A stretch of DNA of 33,262 bases, taken from IMG/VR virus record IMGVR_UViG_3300019366_000026. One strand, 5' to 3'. This DNA comes from an uncultured virus (IMG/VR IMGVR_UViG_3300019366_000026) (taxonomy: Duplodnaviria; Heunggongvirae; Uroviricota; Caudoviricetes). This document shows positions 26,424 to 33,262 of the stretch, one piece after another (the stretch's first letter is position 1; each line of letters starts with the position of its first letter). The position numbers were made by a program, and so were the translations under genes. The notes beneath the pieces were generated by a model that did no database searches, had not been told where the DNA came from, and worked only from the letters and a program-made list of their open reading frames with translations.

Positions 26424-27390
26424 AGTTGCTGATTTTCCCGAAATACTTTTGTATAGAACTGGGGCGCCCGTTGTAAAACACAAGTACCCGCTGGTGCATT
26501 CTTACTACTTTACGACGATTCATGTATTGAGCAGCTCTGATCTGCGCATGGCTATCGTTATTCAAGTAGATTATGTCATTCCATAATATGCAGCCACGCC
26601 TACGAAAGATACTGATAATATCCTCTGGGAAACAAGAATAGGCCCCGGCCTTATCCCTTATGTCGCTCACGATAGCCACTGCAAAGCGGTTCTTCTTGAG
26701 GCTTATCAGAGATTGTGTGATTGCCTCATCAATAACCGTCAGAAACTCCCTATAAGTTTGTCTTGCTGAAGCATCGTTAGCGTTATTGCTATATATCTCT
26801 AAATCGTAGTATGGAGGGCAGGTAATGAACAAATCCTGCGTCGCACACCCCAGATGGTTCACAACGTTGCGGCCGTCATCTTGTACGTACCTGGCATTAA
26901 CTCCAAGTTCGGCGCACCTGACCTTGTTTTCCTCTACCTGTTCACTCCGCAATTCTATACCAGTGAATATGTGCCCGCATTTCGTCGCCACATATCCCTT
27001 AGTTATATCACCGGCAAAGCAGTCGAATATTTTTGAATTAGAACCTGGCGTAAACCAATGATAAATAATCTCCGCAAGCACTGGGTCGAAGCAGCTCACT
27101 CCATAGAATGGCATCTTCTGCATTTCTTTCTCCAACACTTCTTTATCAACATATCGTTGCACATAGTCTTTGAAAGATATGCCGAGTTGCTTGCGGTGTT
27201 CGTAAGTTGATACATATAAATCAGGCATACGCATAGCAAGGGATTCATACAGCGTTTCTTCCCGGCTATTTGCTACGGTTCCAATCTCTGACAGCCACAC
27301 CTTTTTACGCTCTTTCCATGAGCCTTTCCGGGCATCGATGACAGAGTAAGGTGGAACAATGAAGCGGTCGGCCAAACTATTCTTTTCCAT
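26398..27390 (-). CDS. Amino (N6A/N4C) DNA methyltransferase
   Basis: From MEKNS (ATG 27390): FDPVLAE, IFDCFAG, FTGIEL, ITCPPYYDLE.Y. Confidence 0.85.
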   Translation of the reverse strand: MEKNSLADRFIVPPYSVIDARKGSWKERKKVWLSEIGTVANSREETLYESLAMRMPDLYVSTYEHRKQLGISFKDYVQRYVDKEVLEKEMQKMPFYGVSCFDPVLAEIIYHWFTPGSNSKIFDCFAGDITKGYVATKCGHIFTGIELRSEQVEENKVRCAELGVNARYVQDDGRNVVNHLGCATQDLFITCPPYYDLEIYSNNANDASARQTYREFLTVIDEAITQSLISLKKNRFAVAIVSDIRDKAGAYSCFPEDIISIFRRRGCILWNDIIYLNNDSHAQIRAAQYMNRRKVVRMHQRVLVFYNGRPSSIQKYFGKISNYDTRGNQE

Positions 27391-27391
27391 A

Positions 27392-28666
27392 TCAAAAATA
27401 GCAGTTAGTAAGTTGCTTACACTGATTGTCTGCAATACCTTGAATAATATATTCTCCGGGTTTCCGCTCTATCAGGCTCAAATCCTCGACCTTGCCAAAC
27501 CTTTTTATGTTTCCACATAAATCGACAATCCACCCGGCTTCTTTGTCCTTATGAGGGCGTATTGCCCTGCCAAGTATCTGATAATACATTGCCAACGACA
27601 TCGTGGGTCGGGCCATAACAACAGTGTCTAGCTCCGGGTAGTCGAAGCCGGTTGTCAACACGCCGACATTAGCAAGAACTTTAATCTTGCCTGACTTGAA
27701 ATCATTGATGATTCGTTCTCGATCTTTTTTCTTGGTTTCACCGCTTAGCATTTCACAGCCATCGATGCTCTTGCACAATGCCTCGCTTTCTTCAAGGAAC
27801 TTAGTGAATACCAATATACCTTTGCGTGGAATCCCACTTTTTGGCTGTTGCAAGCGTTTGATGATACTCACAAGGTAATCCTGAAGATTGACTCTCTGAT
27901 ATTCTTCAAATAGGCTCCTATCGTCGAAGTCCATGCCGGTGGAGTTGCGACGCAATCCTTCCTGCGGGAGAATTGTCATGTCATAGTAGTTCAGCTTAGA
28001 CAAGTAGCCTCGCTGGAGCAGTGTCTGAATCGCAACTTGATATATGACTTTGTGAAAGACTCTTGGGCGTGTGCGGGTAAGGAATTTAAGGATACATTTG
28101 TTCTCAGCCGTGATTTCTCGGCTGTGTAACTTGTCATCAAATTCCTGGCTCCCGTGTTCGTCTTTAGGCCGGAATACTGTTTTTCCATTAGAATCAGTGT
28201 ACTGAAGTGATGCGCTCAGACGGTAGGGAGTCGCTGTTAAACCGAGGATTTTACGCGCTGCACAATCGAAAAAGTCCTTATACATACCTCCTTGCGGATT
28301 TATACCGTGACACTCATCAACTATGATGTACCTGAAGTGATTGAAGTCTTCCATGTGGGACTTTACACTTCCGATTGTTGCGAATGTTATTCGGTTTATC
28401 TCCTTGCTGTTGAATGAGGCGGAATATATTGAACAATCTTCCACTCCGTAGCTTTTCAACTTGGCGTAGTTCTGCTCAAGTATCTCTTTGGAGGGTTGAA
28501 ATACAAGAACATTACCATCAAGTCTATGGGCTATATCGGCAATTACAAGTGATTTACCGGCACCAGTAGGTAGCACAAGAAGTCCGTTCTCATTGCCGCT
28601 ACAACGGAAGAAACGAATTGCTGCATCAGAAGCCTCCTGCTGATAATCCCTGAGTTGGTATTTCAT
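27392..28666 (-). CDS. SF2 DExH helicase
   Basis: LRDYQ, LPTGAGKS, VDECH, GLTATP, LTTGFD, QILGRAIR. Confidence 0.93.
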   Translation of the reverse strand: MKYQLRDYQQEASDAAIRFFRCSGNENGLLVLPTGAGKSLVIADIAHRLDGNVLVFQPSKEILEQNYAKLKSYGVEDCSIYSASFNSKEINRITFATIGSVKSHMEDFNHFRYIIVDECHGINPQGGMYKDFFDCAARKILGLTATPYRLSASLQYTDSNGKTVFRPKDEHGSQEFDDKLHSREITAENKCILKFLTRTRPRVFHKVIYQVAIQTLLQRGYLSKLNYYDMTILPQEGLRRNSTGMDFDDRSLFEEYQRVNLQDYLVSIIKRLQQPKSGIPRKGILVFTKFLEESEALCKSIDGCEMLSGETKKKDRERIINDFKSGKIKVLANVGVLTTGFDYPELDTVVMARPTMSLAMYYQILGRAIRPHKDKEAGWIVDLCGNIKRFGKVEDLSLIERKPGEYIIQGIADNQCKQLTNCYF

Positions 28667-29061
28667 TTGTCTTTGTAGTCTTTAAGAAATGCAATGAATT
28701 CATCGCCGTCTTCCGGAATTGGTAAAGTAAAGCCGAGCGTGCCGGCAACATCGGCCTCGATCTCGTGCATAAAGTGCGTGAGCTGGGCTGATGTCATCTG
28801 CGACACGCTCGGCATATCTTCCAATAGGAACTTTCTACAGTAATAGTTATACAGTGATACTTTACTGTTTCCGGTTTCACGGGCCAGTAACGATAGCCAC
28901 ATAAATAATAGTTTACGTTGGGGTACAGAGTGATGTACGCTCTGCGGTTCAATGATGATTCGGTACTTGCCTTCCGGCAAGCTTTCTATCATTTCTACCA
29001 AAGAGCGGCTTATTCTCGTTCCCTCGGTTCTATTCTTTATAAGTGTAGCCATCGTTACCAT
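28663..29061 (-). CDS. NinB/Orf-like recombination accessory protein
   Basis: S..Q.KLLFMWL..LA.ETG..S.SQMT..Q...FM..IE..A...G..LP.P pattern. Confidence 0.55.
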   Translation of the reverse strand: MVTMATLIKNRTEGTRISRSLVEMIESLPEGKYRIIIEPQSVHHSVPQRKLLFMWLSLLARETGNSKVSLYNYYCRKFLLEDMPSVSQMTSAQLTHFMHEIEADVAGTLGFTLPIPEDGDEFIAFLKDYKDK

Positions 29062-29062
29062 A

Positions 29063-29932
29063 CTACGATGCTTCGTTGAAGATTTTCTTATCTGTAATCA
29101 GATGTCGGTATTTCAATAAGAATCGTATCAGATCCTCGCATCGTGCAACAAGGCGAGGCACATCACGCTCCGGCACGAACATATAGGATTCCGTAAAGGT
29201 TTCCCATCGTCCGTACTTGTCTATCTCCGCTATGTTGTACTCGAATAGCATGGGAGGCATGCCATTCTTCCAATAGCAGTATGGATAGACAATGTGCTGG
29301 GAATGATCCTTAAACTTTCCGACTGAGTAGCGACCGGTTGTCTTGATGTCGTGAACCGACTGAGGCATCAGTTCGTCAACATATCCGTACACCTCAACAT
29401 CGCCAAAGGCTGTCGGTACGATGGCAGATACGAACTGCTGTGTGAGAGCGCCTTTGTAGTAGTTGGAAAACTCACGCACCAATTTGATGTCAAAGTAGAA
29501 TACCCGGTTATTGTAGTGGGCACGAATCCCGACTACCTTTCCGGCATTGGGATTGTCCTCATACGAAACATCGGCCCAACGTTCGTCTGGCCCACAACCA
29601 TCTACTTGCCCGGTCACGCGCTCTATTACCTCCGGCTCCACAACACGCTCGAACTTGAACTTCTCCGATGGCTTGCGATTTTCAATCAGGCAATCAACAA
29701 GCTCATTGAACGCAGTTCCTTTGTCTGCCGCTTCGCTGTCGAATGGCACACGGTTGATGCGGTCAATGAGAGATTGGAATTGTTTCTGTCTGAACTCTTC
29801 GAGAGTATGGGGCGGATTCTCGCTCCAACCCCAATACTTCTCGTAGATTATATCGCTGTTAAGGTAGTCGGTAAAGCCGTCGAGCAAAGTCGCATAGAAG
29901 CGGAACTTTACGTTAGGCTGCCGGTTCTGCAT
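29063..29932 (-). CDS. PD-(D/E)XK-like exonuclease
   Basis: From MQNRQ (ATG 29932): AADKGTAFN, YGYVDE..VHDIKTT..QH.VY. Confidence 0.72.
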   Translation of the reverse strand: MQNRQPNVKFRFYATLLDGFTDYLNSDIIYEKYWGWSENPPHTLEEFRQKQFQSLIDRINRVPFDSEAADKGTAFNELVDCLIENRKPSEKFKFERVVEPEVIERVTGQVDGCGPDERWADVSYEDNPNAGKVVGIRAHYNNRVFYFDIKLVREFSNYYKGALTQQFVSAIVPTAFGDVEVYGYVDELMPQSVHDIKTTGRYSVGKFKDHSQHIVYPYCYWKNGMPPMLFEYNIAEIDKYGRWETFTESYMFVPERDVPRLVARCEDLIRFLLKYRHLITDKKIFNEAS

Positions 29933-30863
29933 CGTTGTAGGTCTTGGTTTCGGAATCGTAAACGAGTCCGAGTTCAGCGACCTTAGCACCGAATAGAGAA
30001 CGGGCCTTAGCCATTGAACTGCCGATGTGTTTGTATTCTTTGATTCTTGCAGCGAAGTCGTTGGCCGAGCGCGCATCTGTGATGTTGTTAACATCTTCAG
30101 TGATGGCCTCGATGAGTTCGTCATACTTGCGACGTTCCTCGGCCTTGACTTCGAGCATCGAGAGATAGGGGTTGATAACCTTGTCTGCGATGAACACGTT
30201 GGGGGCAGTAGGCTGAGCCTGCGCGTTGAGGACAGTTGGCACCCTCATCACCGATGGGAGGTTGCAGGTGTTCTTGCCATCATTGCGAGAGGTGGGATCG
30301 AATGTGATTGTTCGGGCCTGAACGCCGCGCTCTGATTTCATTTCGAGGTAGCCGAGCAGGTCGAGTTCGGTTACAATGGAGTTGTAGGACTTTTCGCGGA
30401 GAGCCGGAATGAATACGGTATCTTCGCCTTCCTTACGAGTGTCGCGGTGGGCAACAAAGACAATATGCTTGTTGAGGGCCGAAAGTGCGCGGGTGAACCA
30501 TGTGAATTCCTGGTTGATGCGGCCCCAATCTCTAATCTGAGGCTGACGGCCGTTGCAGCAATAATCCACGATGAAGTCCATCATCTTGCCGATGGTATCG
30601 ACGACTATTGTCTGATAAGGGGCGAGTTCAGACTGACTCTGCTGAAGAAGTTGCTGGATTTCACCCCAGTTGTCCACCTGAACGATGTCAACGCCTTCGA
30701 GGTGGGCCATGTTTACACGCTTGACACCGTTGTCGAAGTCAAGCAAAAGCGGTTTGGGCGCAGAGAGCGCCACCGTGGTCTTACCCATACCGGCCTGACC
30801 GTAGATCATCATCTTGACGGTCGAGGGTATGACCAATTCATTGGATTTCTTAATGAGTCCCAT
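29913..30863 (-). CDS. AAA_24 / Sak4-like ATPase (recombination)
   Basis: IYGQAGMGKTT, LLLDFDNG, TIVVDT, VFVAH. Confidence 0.85.
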   Translation of the reverse strand: MGLIKKSNELVIPSTVKMMIYGQAGMGKTTVALSAPKPLLLDFDNGVKRVNMAHLEGVDIVQVDNWGEIQQLLQQSQSELAPYQTIVVDTIGKMMDFIVDYCCNGRQPQIRDWGRINQEFTWFTRALSALNKHIVFVAHRDTRKEGEDTVFIPALREKSYNSIVTELDLLGYLEMKSERGVQARTITFDPTSRNDGKNTCNLPSVMRVPTVLNAQAQPTAPNVFIADKVINPYLSMLEVKAEERRKYDELIEAITEDVNNITDARSANDFAARIKEYKHIGSSMAKARSLFGAKVAELGLVYDSETKTYNDAEPAA

Positions 30864-30922
30864 TTTGAATTGTTTTTATTGATATTTAGTTTGTGCCGCT
30901 AATGCGGCGGTTCTTATTTGCA

Positions 30923-31132
30923 TTATTTGGTGCGGTGCACCGATACGGTGAAAGTGCGTCGGTCGTACTTGACTTCCGCTTCCCATCCAATCCGGGCCAT
31001 CTCCTTGCGGAATTTGCTACATACCGCAGTGACAGAACTGCTCTGCTCAATGGGGAAGATTGCCGTTTCTCCGATAGAGAGCGCTCTAATAGTCGGAGAG
31101 ATTGGCAGTTTCTTCACTGCTATACTTTCCAT
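30923..31132 (-). CDS. Small putative DNA-binding protein (Cro/Xis position)
   Basis: From MESIA (ATG 31132, preceded by AAAGGAGGT); near the start of the operon divergent from the repressor. Confidence 0.6.
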   Translation of the reverse strand: MESIAVKKLPISPTIRALSIGETAIFPIEQSSSVTAVCSKFRKEMARIGWEAEVKYDRRTFTVSVHRTK

Positions 31133-31227
31133 GCGACCTCCTTTCTCTCGGCTGCCGCGAGCTCCGAGCGTGGAAATTGATAACCACACTCGGAGATTTC
31201 GTGATGAATCATTGTGGATTTGCTCAT
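31120..31227 (-). CDS. Possible 35-aa leader ORF
   Basis: MSKSTMIHHEISECGYQFPRSELAAAERKEVAWKV; the ATG follows the conserved leader box and the ORF overlaps the next start. Confidence 0.4.
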   Translation of the reverse strand: MSKSTMIHHEISECGYQFPRSELAAAERKEVAWKV

Positions 31228-31250
31228 CTTTCTGCTGTTTTTGATTTAAA

Positions 31251-31366
31251 CTCTTATTTGCATTTAAGCGAGAAATTGCTTATCTTTGTGGCGGTCTGAG
31301 CCGTTATCGTAGTGCAAATATAATCATTTTCGCAATAATAGCAAAATTAGAATAATCATATTTGCA
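31251..31366. promoter_or_regulatory. Genetic switch region with face-to-face promoters and boxes
   Basis: Plus: TTTG (31257), 20 nt, TATCTTTG (31281-31288). Minus: TTTG (31342-31345), 19 nt, TATATTTG (31315-31322). Boxes at 31251, 31323 and 31355. Confidence 0.7.
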
Positions 31367-31469
31367 AGTTCTGCTTAGATTTAACATTTTTTAATCATCC
31401 TTGCAACTTCACGATGTGTTGTTGCAGAAATGATAAGAAAAGAAAAGTAGTTATAATACAATAGCAAAT

Positions 31470-31961
31470 ATGAAGGAAAATGTAAGGCAGGACGAATTTA
31501 TTCCTACCACCCAACGCATCATTCAAGAGGTGCTGGCAGCCGTTGGGCTGACCGCGCCCAAGTTCGCCGACGCCCTGGGCATAAACTACCAGAGGATATT
31601 CGACCTTATGAGAGGCCGGACGAAGAAGTTTAACCCTGGGATTGTAAACCTCATCTGTGAAAAATTTCCCGAAGTGAACAAATCTTACCTTTTCACAGGA
31701 GAGGGCAATGTGCTTAATACCGAACCTGAAGAAGTGGAGCCGGTTGAGGAAGTTCCGGCTCACGAAACAACTTCTGTTCCAGAGGGGAGTCTTGCTGACA
31801 TCAGTGGACTTCTCCACAAAGTTGTGGATATGCTCGATCAGGTGAACGAGCGGTCGGCGCGTCTTACCGAGTTTGAGCGAGAACTCAATGAAAGGGAAGC
31901 GGCCCTCAATGCGCGTGAGCTCGATATTGAGCAGCGCGAGGAGGAACTTGGCGGGAATTAA
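31470..31961 (+). CDS. Prophage repressor-like XRE-HTH protein
   Basis: LTAPKFADALGINYQRIFDL..GRTK..VN..YLFTGEG; C-terminal coiled coil; divergent orientation. Confidence 0.82.
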   Translation: MKENVRQDEFIPTTQRIIQEVLAAVGLTAPKFADALGINYQRIFDLMRGRTKKFNPGIVNLICEKFPEVNKSYLFTGEGNVLNTEPEEVEPVEEVPAHETTSVPEGSLADISGLLHKVVDMLDQVNERSARLTEFERELNEREAALNARELDIEQREEELGGN

Positions 31962-32022
31962 AAAAACAGTTTGACATTCTTACAACAGTATTATCATAAC
32001 CTCTTCCTCAGAAGAATCAAGA

Positions 32023-32310
32023 ATGTGCTCAAACATAAATGACTGTTGCCGGTTGCGCTCTAATGCCGACTGGTGTCGCCTTACTCCTGAGTGTTCTGGC
32101 TGGGGTTGTCGTTTGCTGACGATCCTGCCAGAATCTCTCCCGGCTTCTCCTATGGAGAGGGGAGCCTTATTTAGCCGTGTGTATCGACTCGCCGAAACAA
32201 TAGGCGTGTTGTCTTGCCCCCATTTCAACGAATCTGAACTTGACAGGCTTGTTGAAGATGACGAATTACTCGTTTTGATGAAAAATCTCACAAAAGATTT
32301 GCAAATATGA
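32023..32310 (+). CDS. Hypothetical Cys-rich protein
   Basis: 95 aa ORF downstream of the repressor with seven Cys. Confidence 0.5.
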   Translation: MCSNINDCCRLRSNADWCRLTPECSGWGCRLLTILPESLPASPMERGALFSRVYRLAETIGVLSCPHFNESELDRLVEDDELLVLMKNLTKDLQI

Positions 32311-32344
32311 TTAAAAGCGTGTAACTTTGCATAGCAAATATGAA
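32298..32344 (+). promoter_or_regulatory. Outward-facing promoter pointing at the att site, with two boxes
   Basis: TTTG (32298-32301), 20-nt spacer, TAACTTTG (32322-32329); TGCAAATATGAT at 32300 and AGCAAATATGAA at 32333. Confidence 0.7.
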
Positions 32345-32472
32345 GTGACAGAGCAAGAGTTGGCGAGGCCAACAAAAAATGTTAAAATTGCGGCTCTTGC
32401 GCAAATCACCCGCAAATGCAAAGCTCTTATAGTATAAACGTCTGTAATGCAGGCTGATATACTGGAGAGGCA

Positions 32473-32535
32473 CGCGCCTGGAAAGCGTGTATACCCCAAA
32501 AGGGTATCGCGAGTTCGAATCTCGCTCGCTCCGCA
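32473..32535 (+). tRNA. 3' fragment of tRNA-Ser(GGA); probable prophage att site
   Basis: Anticodon arm CGCGC-CTGGAAA-GCGTG, long variable arm, T arm GCGAG-TTCGAAT-CTCGC, acceptor 3' strand TCGCTCC-G; no matching GGAGCGA 5' strand or D arm upstream. Confidence 0.88.
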
Positions 32536-32576
32536 ACGGAAATCCGAAACCTAACGGCTTCAGGTTTCCGTTTTTT
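32536..32576 (+). terminator. Intrinsic terminator after the tRNA fragment
   Basis: ACGGAAA...TTTCCGT stem followed by a T run. Confidence 0.75.
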
Positions 32577-32607
32577 CATATAGCTCAGAAAAATACCACC
32601 TTACCAA

Positions 32608-32874
32608 ATGGCATTGAAAGCACACATAAAAAAAACGCGTGCGAAACTACAATCCTTGTCGTTTCGCACAGGAGTCGTTATTTTGGCCATGTGTGTGCCA
32701 TTCTACATCCTCAGTTTCGCCCAGATGCTATTGCCCATAAGCGCATACGCCAAAGGCACACTATGGTTCATCCTCTTTGGGCTTGCCAAAACATGCCAAT
32801 ACGCCGGCCTCACAATAATCGGAGTCGAAGGCCTGCGGCGCCTAAAAAAGGCACTCACCCGCAGACACCCATAA
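32608..32874 (+). CDS. Small membrane protein (probably host)
   Basis: 88 aa with two hydrophobic segments; lies outside the att site. Confidence 0.7.
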   Translation: MALKAHIKKTRAKLQSLSFRTGVVILAMCVPFYILSFAQMLLPISAYAKGTLWFILFGLAKTCQYAGLTIIGVEGLRRLKKALTRRHP

Positions 32875-32945
32875 CACCGCGCCATTCACCCTGCAAGTCC
32901 GCATTATGGCTCATTCATTATTAAAAGAAAGAAGCGAGCAGAGCG

Positions 32946-33262
32946 CCCATTTTTCTATGGAATATAAATGCATGTGACGCCGCGCTGGTGACGGTTGCCC
33001 CATATGCACGGCCGGGCATGGAGCAAAGGAGCAGAGCGCCGGGCGGCCGCGTAGCGGCAAGTCTCAATCTTAGCCCCGGGCAATGGCCGCAGAGCGGTCG
33101 CGGCCCGGGGGGAGGGTCGAAGCCCCGAAAAGGCAGAGCCGCATAGCGGCGGATCTTTCGCCGACAACGACACACGCGTACATCCATGATTACGAAATAC
33201 GACGGAACGGATGATATAAAAAAACGGAATGGGCGCAAAGCACCCATTTTCTATGGAATATA
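32946..33262. repeat. GC-rich intergenic segment bounded by a ~20-bp direct repeat
   Basis: CCCATTTTTCTATGGAATATA at 32946-32966 and CCCATTTTCTATGGAATATA at 33243-33262. Confidence 0.55.

Larger units (their letters stand above)
1..32535. mobile_element. Prophage (temperate, tailed, Bacteroidales-type), right part; continues beyond the left edge
   Basis: Large and small terminase, XRE repressor divergent from a long co-oriented gene array, phage replication and recombination genes, and a truncated tRNA 3' end at the right boundary. Confidence 0.93.

Noticed and set aside
29933..30124. Long N-terminal extension of the nuclease ORF (start at 30124)
   Set aside because: It overlaps the ATPase C-terminus; ATG 29932 gives a typical short overlap
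75..31299. Many plus-strand ORFs in the ORF track (e.g. 545-1099, 4619-5434, 13138-13683, 29351-29986)
   Set aside because: They are antisense shadows of well-supported minus-strand genes and have no recognisable motifs
32445..32535. Intact tRNA-Ser gene
   Set aside because: The 5' acceptor strand (expected GGAGCGA) and the D arm are missing; treated as an att fragment
31395..33247. ORFs 31395-31817(-), 31980-32375(-), 32487-32924(+) and 32921-33247(-)
   Set aside because: They overlap the repressor, the tRNA fragment or the host gene, or lie in GC-rich repeat DNA, and have no protein-like features

Overview
About 32.5 kb of a temperate, tailed prophage in a Bacteroidales-type genome (inferred from TAnnTTTG/TTTG promoters and gene families), plus about 0.7 kb of probable host DNA. 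The right boundary is a 5'-truncated tRNA-Ser(GGA) at about 32473-32535 (att site), followed by a terminator. Nearly all phage genes are on the minus strand. Reading right to left: repressor and Cro-like switch; recombination and replication genes (AAA ATPase, PD-(D/E)XK nuclease, SF2 helicase, DNA methylase, VRR-NUC, initiator with four iterons); a PRTRC ubiquitin-like operon; accessory genes (a multi-domain Tad2-like anti-defence gene with an in-frame TGA, two radical SAM enzymes, ASCH); three tandem ParB-like genes, one fused to a methyltransferase; small terminase, SNF2 helicase, two HTH genes, large terminase; and the first virion genes. The most unusual signals are non-coding. (1) A 12-bp non-palindromic box, ATCWTATTTGCA, repeats at 32-35 bp spacing around several promoters. 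(2) A candidate plus-strand small RNA of about 115 nt (9295-9410) is complementary to the leaders of several operons. (3) A GC-rich, multi-helix 175-nt element lies upstream of a radical SAM gene. All family assignments come from reading motifs by eye; no database search was run.
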